Assembly: GCA_026026165.1 (NCBI GenBank)
Contig: JAPEUD010000012.1
Location: 248,001-312,000, forward strand
Direction of reading: 5' to 3'
DNA from: Sarea resinae
Taxonomy: Eukaryota
DNA length: 64,000 bases
Positions within the stretch are counted from its first letter, which is position 1, and the number at the start of each line of letters is the position of its first letter. Shown here piece by piece: positions 1 to 11,979 of the stretch. The position numbers and the translations under genes were made by a program. The notes below the pieces were generated by a model that was given only the letters and a program-made list of their open reading frames with translations, made no database searches and was not told the DNA's origin.

Positions 1-259
1 ACGTGATCTTCCAGATCCAGCAAAGCGCCAATGCAGCGTCCTGTATGAAAGCGGAGAAAGATGCTCAGGCGCTCGCCTTTTCGATCTTCCCATCCATTGC
101 CTCCAACAACCCTGCACGGCCGCGACAATTTTCGCAAAATCAGATCAACTTCGAGAGACTTTCATCTTTTTCTCGACTCTTCTCTCTCATCTCACCGCTC
201 GGAGCTCCTCCAACCCTTTCAACGGTCGATTACGAGCACAACCGTGGCATCCAGTCCTC

Positions 260-1188
260 ATGGCGAAAATGACTAGCAGGATCACGAAAAGTAGTAGTAG
301 TCATAACGCTACCGCCTACGCATCCAACATGAGGCCCGTGGCTCGTCCCAACGTCCTTGCCAGCTGCTACGCCGTCGACGCTCGTTCTATGGCGTTGCAG
401 GGCTTCCACTACTCCACTACCGGGGCTGGCGGTAAGTCTTCACTTTGCACCAAAAAGATTTACTGTCCGATTTCATCTCGAAGAAGGTCGACTGACGCAC
501 GCATCGCTAGGGGCCGAGTGGTATTCCTGAGGTCAGCTCGGGTATACCTTCACCACCCGAAAGTCCCCCACTCGCCGCCTACGCCGCCAAGAATGAGCAC
601 TCGATCTCGAGAGTAGGCAAGGCGCAGCGAATGGGGGCTGTGTACACCATTGCGGAAGAGTGTGAGAGACTTTTCTGCGAGACATTCAGAACCGTTTTCC
701 TTGGTGAGAGGGCAACGGCTGAGGACTCGCTGGCGATGGGTGCGCAAACGACAATGGCTTCAGATGGCTATTTTGGCCGCTATGGACAAGTCCGGGAGTG
801 GGTCGAGGTGTGGGACTATGTCGGCGGATCGAATTTCCGAGGGTTCGTTGCTGGCGACGCAGACGATAGGACGTTGATTGTGTTCTTTGACGATGCCGTG
901 GTTGGAAAGGACCTCAAGCAAGGGTATGCCTTGAAAGTCTGGTCTGGTCTGTTTGGCCTGGGGCTAATTTTCTCTAGGCTTATGGCGCTCATCGAGCTCG
1001 CAAGTACCGCGTGGTTGATGTGTTCCAGCCTCGTCGTATGTCTGAGCCGTGGCGACCAGCCGGCCGAGCTGAAGAGCCTGATGAGGGATCTCGGATGGGT
1101 TGGATTTGAGCTCATCACGCTCGACCGATGGGCGCATGCAAGGGATGTGACGAGCGATCAATATCTGCTCCTGGGCATGGACGTCTGA
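260..1188 (+). CDS. OAZ1: Ornithine decarboxylase antizyme (+1 programmed frameshift), ~264 aa
   Basis: Exon 260-431; intron 432-510 (GTAAGT..ACTGAC..TAG). Spliced ORF1 reads ...GGAEWYS-stop (TGG TAT TCC TGA, 519-530). The +1 frame from 529 (EVSSGIPSPPESPP...) runs into ORF 631-1188. In-frame intron 924-977. C-terminal LKQGLMALIELA..LVVCL.R..LMRDLGWVGFE is the antizyme domain. Confidence 0.93.
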
Positions 1189-1912
1189 GACAATGGGTCT
1201 CGATGGTCGCGCCCGGCCAGGGGACACGGCATGGCGTGCTACTTTATGTTTACCTTATTATTCCGATGGGTACTGTCCACTAATTTCGCCCATCATTTGG
1301 CCGGCAAGGGAGGATTTTTCGGTCATTTCAAGTTGCGTTGAAGAAAAAGCAGGCGAAGGTGGCTCGGTCAGGAAGTTATGATGGGTGTTGCTACGGGAGT
1401 CTGGAAGGTCGGTACCAAAAGCCAGACTTGAACAAAAGGGTTCCTTATCTACCATTGCCACTGCTATTGCCACTGCTATTGCTCTGGGCCCTGTAGTGAT
1501 TTCAATATAGCTTCTGTCTTTCATCTGGCACATGAGTGCAGTATCTTGAATGCATCCAGGTTGCGAGGAGCACTCTGTAACTCTGGAGTAGATTTGTAAT
1601 GCGTCTTTGCCGTCGATGTTTCGCGTGGTGGCATGATGGGCGGCAATTGGCGGGGTCGAGGGATTGCCTATCGATAAGCTGATAGGTGAGGTCTGACCGC
1701 CGCCGCGACGCAACCCAACGCACCGCAACCCACACACCACCGACCCCCTCGCGGCACCCGAGCCATCCGCAGTGCATCTGATGCGCCATCCTTTGAGATG
1801 ATTGCTCTTGTCGATGCTGCTGCTGTTGCTGCTGCCATCGAGAGTCCGTCCCCGCACTCAAGCCATCTGGAAAACGTCCACTGTCGACCACCAACAGAAG
1901 AGGGCAAAGACC

Positions 1913-3385
1913 ATGCCCTACGGCTTTGCGAGCCACGGCTCGGACCCAAAGGAGCCACTGTTCCCGCAGTATCTGTTCCCCTCGATCCCGTTCCGACGGC
2001 GTCGTCAACAACAATGGCAACAAAAACAACAGCAGCGACAATGCAGCACGGCCGACTCCGAGTCCGAGTCTGAAGCTTCCTCCTCTTTCTCTTCATCGCC
2101 ATCATCCGATTCAGCCCTGCGCGTCACGGCAGACAACGAGAGAGCCCTCTCTCGGCCCAAAGACAGACACCGGCCCTCCACGCACAAGGGGGCCACGTAC
2201 CTCCACGGCCACACCTCCCTGCTGCGCTGCTCGCGCTGCGCAGCCGACCTCTGCCTCTCGTCGCAGGTGATCAGCAAAGGCTTCACGGGCCGGCACGGGC
2301 GCGCCTATCTGGTGTCGGGGTCCCCGCCGCCTGCATCTTTTTCGTCATTTTCTTCTTCGTCGTCGTCGTCTGCGTCTGCCTCGTCGCCCTCACACACACA
2401 CACGACCACGGCCAGGGCTAGCTACACATCCTCATTCTTCTCGTCGTCCTCGTCCTCCTCCCCCTCCCCCTCGTCGTCATCGTCGTGCTCATCATCCCCA
2501 CCCTCATCCCTCCCGAATACCACCACCGGAAAACCCGTCCCGCGCACCCTGGTGACAGGCGCCCACACCGTCAGTGATCTGTCGTGTCTCTTCTGCGGCG
2601 CCGTGCTCGGCTGGAAATACGAGGCCGCCGAGGACGAGAGCCAGCGGTACAAGGTCGGCAAGTTCATCCTCGAGACGAGGAGGGTGGTGCCGGGTGTGTT
2701 TTGGGAGGAGGATGAAGAAGAGGAGGAGGAGGAGGAGGGGGAGGGACAGGGGGCACAGGGGGGTGGGAGTGAGAACCAGCAGCATCAGCATCAGCAACAG
2801 CGCATCACATGGACCGCCGCCGCGCCGCGTGCACCAAACCCTCATCAACCCCCTCATGCCCACCCCCCCAACCACACCGCCCACAACGACCACGACCACG
2901 ACGCCGACAACGACCACGACCACGACGCCGACAACGACGCCTCCATCGAATTCGACTCGCAAGACTCGGACGAATGCGAAGACCTCTTCGCGGGAGTCTG
3001 GAACCCAGTCCTGGCGCAACAGCGACGACAGCAGCGACGACAGCGGCAGCGGCAGCGACAGCAGCGGAAGACAAAAGGTACCGCGGACTCGGAAGGGCGG
3101 TCGAGACAGGGTAGTGGGGGTGGTGGTGGACGGGGATGGTTTTTTGCCGGATCGAGTTCTGGTTCTCCTAGTGGTGGTGGTGTTGATGGGAGGGGAGGGG
3201 CGAGGGTGGGGGTGGGGGTGGAAGACGGAGTTGGACACGGGAACGGCCACGGGAACGGGAACGGCCACGCGAGTACAAACGCCACAACGACGGCAACGGC
3301 GACCGAAGCAGCAGCGGAGCAGGAGCAGGAGCAGGAGCACGAGCTGGAAGGGGAAGCGGAAGGGGAGGATGTGTTCGGTGTCTAG
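1913..3385 (+). CDS. Yippee/Mis18 zinc-binding domain protein with long low-complexity tracts
   Basis: ORF contains CSRC..SQVISKGFTGRHGRAYLV and LVTGAHTVSDLSCLFCGAVLGWKYE..QRYKVGKFILE (two CxxC pairs, yippee signature). First in-frame ATG is 1913. Poly-S/E/Q/G tracts present. Confidence 0.82.
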   Translation: MPYGFASHGSDPKEPLFPQYLFPSIPFRRRRQQQWQQKQQQRQCSTADSESESEASSSFSSSPSSDSALRVTADNERALSRPKDRHRPSTHKGATYLHGHTSLLRCSRCAADLCLSSQVISKGFTGRHGRAYLVSGSPPPASFSSFSSSSSSSASASSPSHTHTTTARASYTSSFFSSSSSSSPSPSSSSSCSSSPPSSLPNTTTGKPVPRTLVTGAHTVSDLSCLFCGAVLGWKYEAAEDESQRYKVGKFILETRRVVPGVFWEEDEEEEEEEEGEGQGAQGGGSENQQHQHQQQRITWTAAAPRAPNPHQPPHAHPPNHTAHNDHDHDADNDHDHDADNDASIEFDSQDSDECEDLFAGVWNPVLAQQRRQQRRQRQRQRQQRKTKGTADSEGRSRQGSGGGGGRGWFFAGSSSGSPSGGGVDGRGGARVGVGVEDGVGHGNGHGNGNGHASTNATTTATATEAAAEQEQEQEHELEGEAEGEDVFGV

Positions 3386-3548
3386 GCCTACCGTTGCTGT
3401 TACCGTTAACGTTACCTTACGTTTTCTTTACCGTTACCTTTTTTCTTTAGATCCCGCTAGTTAGCTATCTAGAGAGAGGGCGAGGAGGAGTCGGCGCTTG
3501 GGGGGTGTCCAGGGGCGTTTAGTTGCGTTTAGGGGGAGAAGGGGGGAT

Positions 3549-3724
3549 GAGGGAGAAGAGGGAGAAGAGGGAGAAGAGGGAGAAGAGGGAGAAGAGGGAG
3601 AAGAGGGAGAAGAGGGAGACGGGGGAAAGAGACTTTGGGGTGGATGGAGAGGGAGAGGGAGAGAGGGAGAGGGAGAGGGAGAGGGAGAGGGAGAGGGAGA
3701 GGGAGAGGGAGAGAGAGAGAGAGA
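3549..3724. repeat. Polypurine microsatellite block: (GAGGGAGAA)~8, (GAGGGA)n, (GA)n
   Basis: Tandem units are directly visible between two convergent gene ends. Confidence 0.95.
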
Positions 3725-4092
3725 TTGGATATAGAGATATGTAGCAAGAGGGGGGGGGGATGAATTTAACACGGGCTCTGATCTTTTTCTATCTCTCTCA
3801 TTCATCCCACTCTTCCTCTTTCCGTTCATGTTCATGTTTCATGTCTGTGCCCACGTCCATGTCTATTTACCCATATTGGATATTCATGTTTCATGTCTAT
3901 ATATTGAACGTCCATGTCTACCTTTCATCTCCCCTTTTTGGTTTCTTTCCTTTCCTTTCCCTTCCTTTTCTTCTTCTTTTCGCGTTTCGTTTCTTTCCTT
4001 CGTATCTAGACTAGACTACCTGACTTTTTGCTAAAGTTGAAAGAAAGCCTTCCCCCCGCACCTCCCAGAAAAAAAGAAAAAAAAAGAGTAAC

Positions 4093-5892
4093 CTAGATCT
4101 GCTCCTCGAACTGCCGGACCAATAACCCCTTTTGCGCGAGAAAGTCCTTGACCTGCTTGACCGTGTAATCGCCGCGATGGAACTGAATGAGAGCGCAGAG
4201 CACGTTCTATTAGCCGGATGGATTTGCCAAAGAGAAGGAAAAAAAAAAGGACTACTCACCATGCCGGCGCCCAAGGCGGCATCGGTGGCGGTCAAGCGAA
4301 AGACCTCCTCAAAGTGCCCCGGGTGACCTGCCCCACTGGAGGCGATGACGGGGATGCGCACGGCGGCCTTGACGGCGTCGATGAGCTCGAGGTCGAAGCC
4401 GGCGTTGGAGCCGTCGCGGTCGATGCAGTTGAGCAGGATCTCGCCGGCGCCCATGGCCTCGACGGCGGCGACCAGCTGCGTGACGTCGACGTCGCGGCCC
4501 TCGCGCCCGCCCTTGATCGTGCATTGGTACCAGCAGTACGCCTGGCCTTGGGGCCCCGGGTGCGCCGTGTGGATCGTGTGGTGGGGCGTGTCGGTGGGCG
4601 AGGCGACGTAGATGCGCTTCGGGTCGACGCTGACGACGACGGCTTGCACGCCGTAGGCCTGCGAGATGGTCTCGATGGCCGTGGTGCCGGACAGTTTCTT
4701 GCCCGCGGCGAGGTAGGCCTCGGCGGCCGTGACGGCGTCGGAGCCGATGCTGACCTTGTCGGCGCCCGAGGCAAAGTACATGCGGGCGACGTCGAGGGCC
4801 GCGATGCGCGTGCCGTCCAGATCGACCGTGTCGCGGATGCCGCCGCCGATGGTGAGCGGCACGAAGACGGTCTCGGACGTGCGCCGCAGGATCTCCAGCA
4901 TCGGCGTGTCCGCCACCGGGCAGTTGCGGAACGACGTGATGTTGAGAAACGTCACCTCGTCCGCGCCCTGCTCGTAGTATTTGCGCGCCATGTCGACCGG
5001 CTTGCCGAGATTGCGCACCTGGCCGCCCGCCGACGCGTCGCCCTTCTCGCGCACGTCGTACTGGTCGCCCTTGGTGACGACGAGGTCGCCGGCGTCGTTG
5101 GCCCGCACATCCAGGCAGGCGATGACTCTCCGCGTGAGACCCTCTTGCGCAGCGCCGGCCGCGGCGACGGTCGGGTTGATGTCTCCTACGCGCGTACCGT
5201 CCAGGAATGCCTTGAGTACTCGGAGGCCGGCCACGCTGCTCTTCTCCGGATGGAACTGCGTGGCCAGGATGTTATCCTTGATCACCGCGCCGACAAACTC
5301 CTCGTCTCCATACCGAGCCGTGGCGACGGTCCAGCCCAGTCGTTCCAGTTCTCCTTCCCGGTATGGCGCCGCATAAGAGTGCACGTAGTAGTACTTGCTC
5401 GATGGCTGTAGACCGTAGAAGCTCTTCGACGCCTTTTGCCCCTCGGCAACGGTATTTGCAGAGTTCCATCCAATGTGCGGCACGCTCTTCTGGGCGTCGT
5501 CGAATCGCTTCAATTGACCGGGGATGAAGCCTAAGCCGGGCACGGCTGGATCCTCTTCCGACCCTTCAAAGAGCGCTTGTAAGCCCACGCATATCGCCAT
5601 GAAAGGTTTCCCGGATTTGATGTGTTCGCGAACGGGTTCGAGATAGCCGCCTTTCGAGAGCTGGGAAAGACAATGGCCGAAGTGGCCGACGCCGGGAAGG
5701 ATGAGTTTCTGCGCACAGAAGCAGGTCAGTCCCAGCACACGATGCAGCGCAAGTTGATGGACGACTTACTTCCGCTTTGACGACATCACCGGGCTCTTTG
5801 ATCCACTCCACAGTATAGCCAACCTTTTCGATGGCGTTGACCAGAGAGCGGACGTTGCCCGCCACATAATCCAGAAGGTGGACGGTCGCCAT
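4093..5892 (-). CDS. HIS7: Imidazole glycerol phosphate synthase HisHF (glutamine amidotransferase + cyclase)
   Basis: [17 protein letters not shown].., [42 protein letters not shown]. Introns 5709-5769 and 4183-4259. Last exon [19 protein letters not shown]-stop. Confidence 0.96.
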
Positions 5893-6040
5893 GCTCAAAG
5901 TCACTCGATTGAGCCTCAAGGTGGCGTCGACGAGCCTTACAATGCTGCAGCAAGCTTCGACTTTGATTTTCACGTTGGCGGGGTAGCTATCATGTTCGAT
6001 TCTAGAGCGCGCGCAGACTTGACGCTTTTGATAATCTCGC

Positions 6041-6047
6041 TGAGTCA
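6041..6047 (-). promoter_or_regulatory. Putative Gcn4/CpcA element (TGACTCA) ~150 bp upstream of HIS7
   Basis: Perfect TGAGTCA on the + strand. HIS7 orthologues are classical general/cross-pathway control targets. Confidence 0.55.
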
Positions 6048-6323
6048 CTCGCTACCACGCGGTTTTTGGTTCCGAGCACAAGCCACAAGCGCCCGCGAGT
6101 TCCTGCAGATACGCGAGACAACGCTACTACGACGTACTCGGAGTAGTATGTGACGGAACAGAGGCCCCTGTGACGAGCATCAATGTTGTTAATCAGATCC
6201 ATCGAAGACTGCTCCGACAGGGCACATCACCATTTGCCTCGTGATGCCAAAATATTCGTATTCGCTTGCTTGTGTACACGCCCATCGAATGCACGCACTG
6301 AGATTTCAAGAGACGACAGAAGC

Positions 6324-7667
6324 TCAAATGGGTAGGCTGGCTAGATCTATCAGTCCGTTTCGAGGCTAAACAAGATCAGCGCGTGCTTAACTCGAAAGGG
6401 GCCATAGGACGCCTTACGGGTGAAAATTGTCTCAAATGCACACCACCCTCTTTGAAGACCGCTGCTGTCTGGAGCCAATCAGCAGAAATATCTAAAGCTG
6501 GGCACTGGACCTCATACCTCCGTATCCATGCTGTACGCTTGGCTGTAAACAACTTCCGATATGCCTACTTGGGTGATTTTGATGCTGCAGGTTAGGCATG
6601 GACATCTGGGGCAAGATGGTTAGTATCTAGAGAGACTCGGAACCATTGCAAGGCATACGTATCGCAGTAGAGGATGGTCTTTTCCCTGATGCGTTCTCTC
6701 CCTGCTTCCAATAACGCATTCTCTTCGGCGTGGATGCACAAGCACGTGGCAAGCCCGACGCCAGCGCCGTTGCCGTCATTGCACCTAGGACCTGGCAAAT
6801 ATCTCAGATGCTTTCCATGCAACTAAACTTCAAGACTTGACTCACATCCCCCTTCGTTGCAATTTCGAAGGTTTCTTGGTGTACCGTTATAGCCGGTACT
6901 GATCACCCTTCGATCCCGAACCAACACACATCCCACCCGTCGCTTCATGCAATTACTACGTTGCGCCGCCAAGGCTGCGAGCCGCATAAAGTATTGATCC
7001 CAGCTCGGCCGCAAACGCTCGTCGTTTGTCAGATCGAGCGTCGACACAGCAGCATGCAGACTCTCAAGGGAAGAAGTCGAGTTCAAGAGACGGACTTCAG
7101 CTCGGTCTGTCAATCGGACGACTCCAGAGAGTGGATCGTAGAGATGCGCATCGTTGCGTATCACAAAATCCTCGAGAGTCGGAGGAGTCTGTAGCTGTCG
7201 CTCACACCTATCCTGAGATTAACATCTTGATGGTAAACAGGACCTGGGTGCACTTACCGGGCCTTGTATCGGCTCCACCTGATACCAAGGGGCGCATCCA
7301 CACTGACTAATAGGAAAAAAGGTCTTCGAAGGAGTATTTCCACCAGCTCTTCATCCCAAACGCAAATCTCCGTCGTTAACCAGCGCTTGTTCCAGTTTCT
7401 GGTTACGAAGTCTAGCAATGCTTCGGTATCGGAGAAACCGAAACTTTTTGGATTACTCGTCTGCCCCCTCTCAATTGCTCCCGAAGCTGCCTGCTTTGGA
7501 GCCGCGCGTGATGCAGTCTCAGCGAGGTGAAGCACCTGAAAACCACAGTGGTCAATCAGGAAGTTGGCGACAGATTGCTTGCCAGCACAGATGCCTTGTC
7601 GCGAAATTAGCTTCCCGTCCCGTCACACCATCAGCTTGGACTGACCTCCACAGAGACCGACGAGCAT
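6324..7667 (-). CDS. DCD1: dCMP deaminase (N-terminal P-loop-like region + deaminase domain), multi-exon
   Basis: MLVGLCG|GICAGK start; RPSWDQYFMRLA..RSNCMKRRVGCVLV..GYNG; CLCIHAEENALLE; CPCLTC. Last exon PRNGLIDLASLPI-stop. Confidence 0.92.
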
Positions 7668-7772
7668 CTTTCGAGCGGGAGTCCGAAGATCTGCTCGAAT
7701 ACAAATAGGCCAATATCTTCAGAAGGATTCTATCTCGAATCTCGACTCTAGTGTCTACGATGTAGTTGGGTA

Positions 7773-7816
7773 ACGCGCGAAGAGTTCGCCGTAGTAAGAC
7801 GCGCCCGGTTGACGCG
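7773..7816. promoter_or_regulatory. Three ACGCG (MCB-core) motifs upstream of DCD1
   Basis: ACGCG at 7773, 7799 and 7812, ~105-150 bp upstream of the DCD1 ATG. Confidence 0.45.
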
Positions 7817-8262
7817 CAGCGAGCTCTTTGGCCCGTTGGAGGACAGCCCTCGAGTACCTAGGTAAGGTAGGTAGGGTGGCTGGAGCCCAAAGGTACCCCA
7901 TACCTTCTCAGACCATACGAGAGTGCGGCATGATCCGCGTACAGAATACGAATACGCCGTGCTCTCGTGCCCCCACCACCGAACGACGGCCAATGCCTCT
8001 CACCCCTCGCCCTCGCCCTCATCCGCCCGTCAGTCGGTAAAGTCGTCATGCGTCATTGGGCCGGCACACCACCACGAGCTCATCCCTTCCGACCCTCAAG
8101 CTCCCATTATCAAGCAGCAACCTCGCACAAGACCAATTTCACCTCTCGAGGGCATATCAGGAGGTGTCATCTAGTACCCATCAGTTCATCTTTATCACGA
8201 CTTGGAAAAGACAAAAGGACGAGAAGACGAAAAGACAGAAAGCCACCCTCTTTGTTCGCTTC

Positions 8263-8300
8263 ACTCCACCTCATCTCACCTCACCTCACCTCACCTCACC
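8263..8300. repeat. (CACCT)n pentanucleotide repeat in the ATG7 5' region
   Basis: ctccacctcatctcacctcacctcacctcacctcacc. Confidence 0.85.
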
Positions 8301-8346
8301 GCCTCCCACAGCCGCTCGCTGATGCGCAGAAGCACCCACGCACAAA

Positions 8347-10874
8347 ATGGCACCCGCGAGGATTCGTTTTGCTCCCTTCGCTTCTGATATAGAACTCCCC
8401 TTTTACGCCTCTCTGGCATCCCATAAGATCAATCATGATAAGCTGGACGACTCGACCCGGCGACTGCTGGGTCTATACGAAATACGGCCAAGTGACACTG
8501 CCGATAATTCATGTCGCATGCAGATTCACAGCAGTGCCTTGACTAGCGATGAGTGCGTGTGCAGTCTCGGTCTCTGTTTGGTTCTCAAACACTAAGCAAC
8601 CATCTTATACAATAGGGTTCCCTCAGGTTACTATCGTGCCGAGGGCATGATAAAAAATGTCAACACTATCGAAGAATATAAGAGCCTCGATCGGACAGCT
8701 ATATTGCACCGCGCAGGTCGAACAGTAAGATACTCTAGTAACCGCAAGCATATTGATGCTAAGTGCGACTTCAGATTTGGGAAGCAATCAACGACGGTAC
8801 AATATACTCCTGTCCGTCTCTGCTTTCTTCCTTCTTCATGATCTCGTTCGCCGGCCTGAAAAAGTACAAATTCACCTACTGGTTTGCCTTTCCCGCTCTC
8901 CACTCGAGTCCGGCCTGGAGACATGCCTCAGAGGAAGAAAACAGTATTGCCTCTCATTTCACCGGTCCCGAGACCAGTGCATTGGTCGACAGCGTACAGA
9001 CGTGGCGATATAGCGTCGATGCTCGCCAGCATGGCTTTTTCCTTGCCAAAAGGGTCCACGGTGCTCCCAAGGATGAGTCAGGCGGAGGGGCGGAGAGCCA
9101 TGAAGACCCACATGAAAGGCCACGACCCGCGACCCCTGGGACATCGGGGCCTCATCTCGACTTCAGTTGGGTAATTGCTCCTTTGTCAAGCTACGAAGAC
9201 GGGTTCTTTAGTGGTGTTGAGCCACACGACCGTTTCGTTTGCTTTGCAGATCCGTCGACTTACGAGCAAGGTCCGGGCTGGATGTTACGAAATCTTCTGG
9301 TCCTTATCCAGCAAAGGTGGAAACTTGATGATGTGCAGATACTTTGCTATAGAGACACCCATTCACGGCGTGACGAGGGCCGAAGCATTGTGTTCCATCT
9401 GAAAATGGAAGAAGCACCGCCGAGCGAGAAGGATGAAGCATCAGGAACTCCGGAGATGCCCAAGGTGACAGGCTGGGAACGAAATCGGGATGGCGTACTT
9501 GGCAGCAGGACTGTTAGCCTTTCTGAGTACATGGACCCGCAAAGGTAATCACCAGTCATGGGTGTCTATTCATCGTTCGTGGCTGGAGATGCTGACGATA
9601 TATAGACTAGCTGATCAGTCTGTGGACTTGAACCTCAAGCTCATGCGGTGGCGAATAGCGCCAGACCTAGACCTAGAAAAGATCAAGGAGACGAGATGTC
9701 TGCTCCTCGGGGCCGGAACGCTTGGCAGCTATGTGGCACGAAATCTTCTTGTGAGTACAGCTTACGGTTCTGCATGATCTGGGCGGCTAACCTCCGTGCC
9801 GCATTTAGGGTTGGGGTGTTCGCAGGATCACATTCGTAGACAACGCTTCCGTTTCTTTCTCTAATCCTGTCCGACAACCGCTTTTCAATTTCAAGGATTG
9901 CTTAGAGGGTGGAGCGAAAAAGGCATATCGTGCATCCGCGGCGCTGCAAGAGATATACCCCGGCGTCCACTCCTCCGGTCACGTCCTTTCCGTGCCGATG
10001 GCTGGCCACCCCATTACGGATGAGAAACGAACAAAATCGGAATACGAGACATTGAAATACCTGATTGAAGGCCACGACGCTATTTTCCTACTCATGGATA
10101 CTCGAGAAAGCCGTTGGCTTCCGACGGTCATGGGCAAGGCCGCGGGAAAGATCGTCATGAACGCCGCCCTGGGTTTTGACTCATTCGTCGTCATGAGACA
10201 CGGTGTCAAATCCCACAAAAGCCCAGAAGATGAGCTGGGCTGTTACTTCTGCAACGACGTTGTTGCTCCAGCCGACGTGAGTATCCCATTGCGATCATTT
10301 GCATTCTTCACTCGCAACTAATCCTGCGTACATCAGTCCGTCAAAGACCAGACCCTCGACCAACAATGCACCGTAACGCGTCCCGGCATCGCCGCCATGG
10401 CATCGGCGATGCTAGTCGAGCTTCTAGTATCCATCCTGCAGCATCCAGACGGGCCCGCCGCCCCAGCCCCAGTCTCGCAAGACGAAGACCGCGGCAGCCA
10501 TCCCTTGGGAATCATCCCGCACCAAGTACGCGGCTTCCTCTCCAAGTTCCAGACCATGGTCATTCGTGGCCGCAGCTTCGACAGCTGTAGCGCGTGCTCG
10601 GGCAAGATCGTCGGCGCCTACAAGCGCGATGGCTGGGAGTTCGTGAAGAGGGCGCTCAATGAGAGGGGCTTCGTCGAGGAGCTCAGTGGTTTGGCTGAGG
10701 TGAGATTGACTCTGATTTTCAGGCGGCTTCTCGAGACACCCGAGTTTCTTTTGCTGTGATTGATGCTAATCGTGGGCGTTGCTCTAGGTTCAACGCACAG
10801 CCGAGGCGGCAGAAGGTGATATCGAATGGGACGAAGAGGTCCCGGATGAAGACGCAGAAGGCGAGTTGATCTGA
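8347..10874 (+). CDS. ATG7: Autophagy E1-like activating enzyme Atg7, multi-exon
   Basis: [90 protein letters not shown]. Last exon ends EGELI-TGA. Confidence 0.96.
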
Positions 10875-11979
10875 TGTGATGTGATGCGATCCGATCTGTC
10901 TTGGGTAGCAAGCCATGGACAGTAGTACATTCGAGAGATGGGACTCTTTTCTTTCTTTTTTTCTCCATTATTCTCTGGCAAATCTTTTTTTTTATCTGTG
11001 GAGATGCCTGGTGGGCGCTCCGGTGCATTTGGAAAGGGTATCTATCTATCTACTAGAGACGGCGGCGCACTCACTCTTTTTTTGGTCCGATGTTAGTCTT
11101 TCTTCTCGCAACGGCGCGCGCGTCTCCACCACATGTTCTGGATGGGACGGGGTTTTTCTCATCATCATCATCATTTAGTATCTTTATCATCATCTTTTAT
11201 CAATATCGGATGCATGCCATGTCATTCCATGTCATATGATGTACATCGTCTACAAACAATGCCATGGTAGGTAGTCTCACCGCAAACTTGAAGTTTCTTT
11301 CTCTTTTTCTTTTCTTGGGGGCCGATGCCGTGACGGCACCGGGCCTGAGTGAGACATGCAATGAATGTCCTGAGGGCTCGACTTTTGATTTGATTTGATT
11401 TGATAACAAGAAAAAGTTGGATGAGGATGTCAGTCACTGGGCGGTCCGTTTGCCATTGGCTTATTCACTGCATACATATTGACACGCTTACGTGTGTGCG
11501 TATGTGTCTGGTAAGGGGTGTAGAGGTAGTAGTAGGTATGATGGATGGAGCAAACACATCTCTAGATTTGGTTTTATTGGGTTTGGTTTGGTTGGGTAGC
11601 AGCCTAAAAACAAGGTTTTTTGACTTGTCATGACTGAAAAATGAAAAACGAAAAATGAAAAAAAGGAAACCCTGGCTTCTAGAAAATCTAATTCCGCCTG
11701 CCCACACGTGCGCGCGGTGTCGTGGGCTCGGGTTCTGTGGGTAGCGTAGACAGACAGACAGACAGACGGACAGACAGATGGATGGGACGGATGGGACACT
11801 GTCGTCTCGTTGTTGTGCATAGTAGTGCGGCGCGGAATGTGGTGAGTTGGAGGAAGGCATATGAATCCCCTCGCCACCCCGCATGTCACATCCCGCATCC
11901 CATACAGCAAGAATGGGGAGGAAGAGAGAGGGAAAAGAGAGAGAGAGAGAGAAGATGGGAAGAAGGGGTTATTTTATTT

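Noticed and set aside
3461..3835. ORFs encoding EGE/REK/PS repeats
   Set aside because: Translations of the GA microsatellite.
4218..5411. Long overlapping ORFs on HIS7 (similar ones on yippee, OST3, RFT1, DBP3, DLH)
   Set aside because: Shadow frames expected in very GC-rich coding DNA; no domain motifs.
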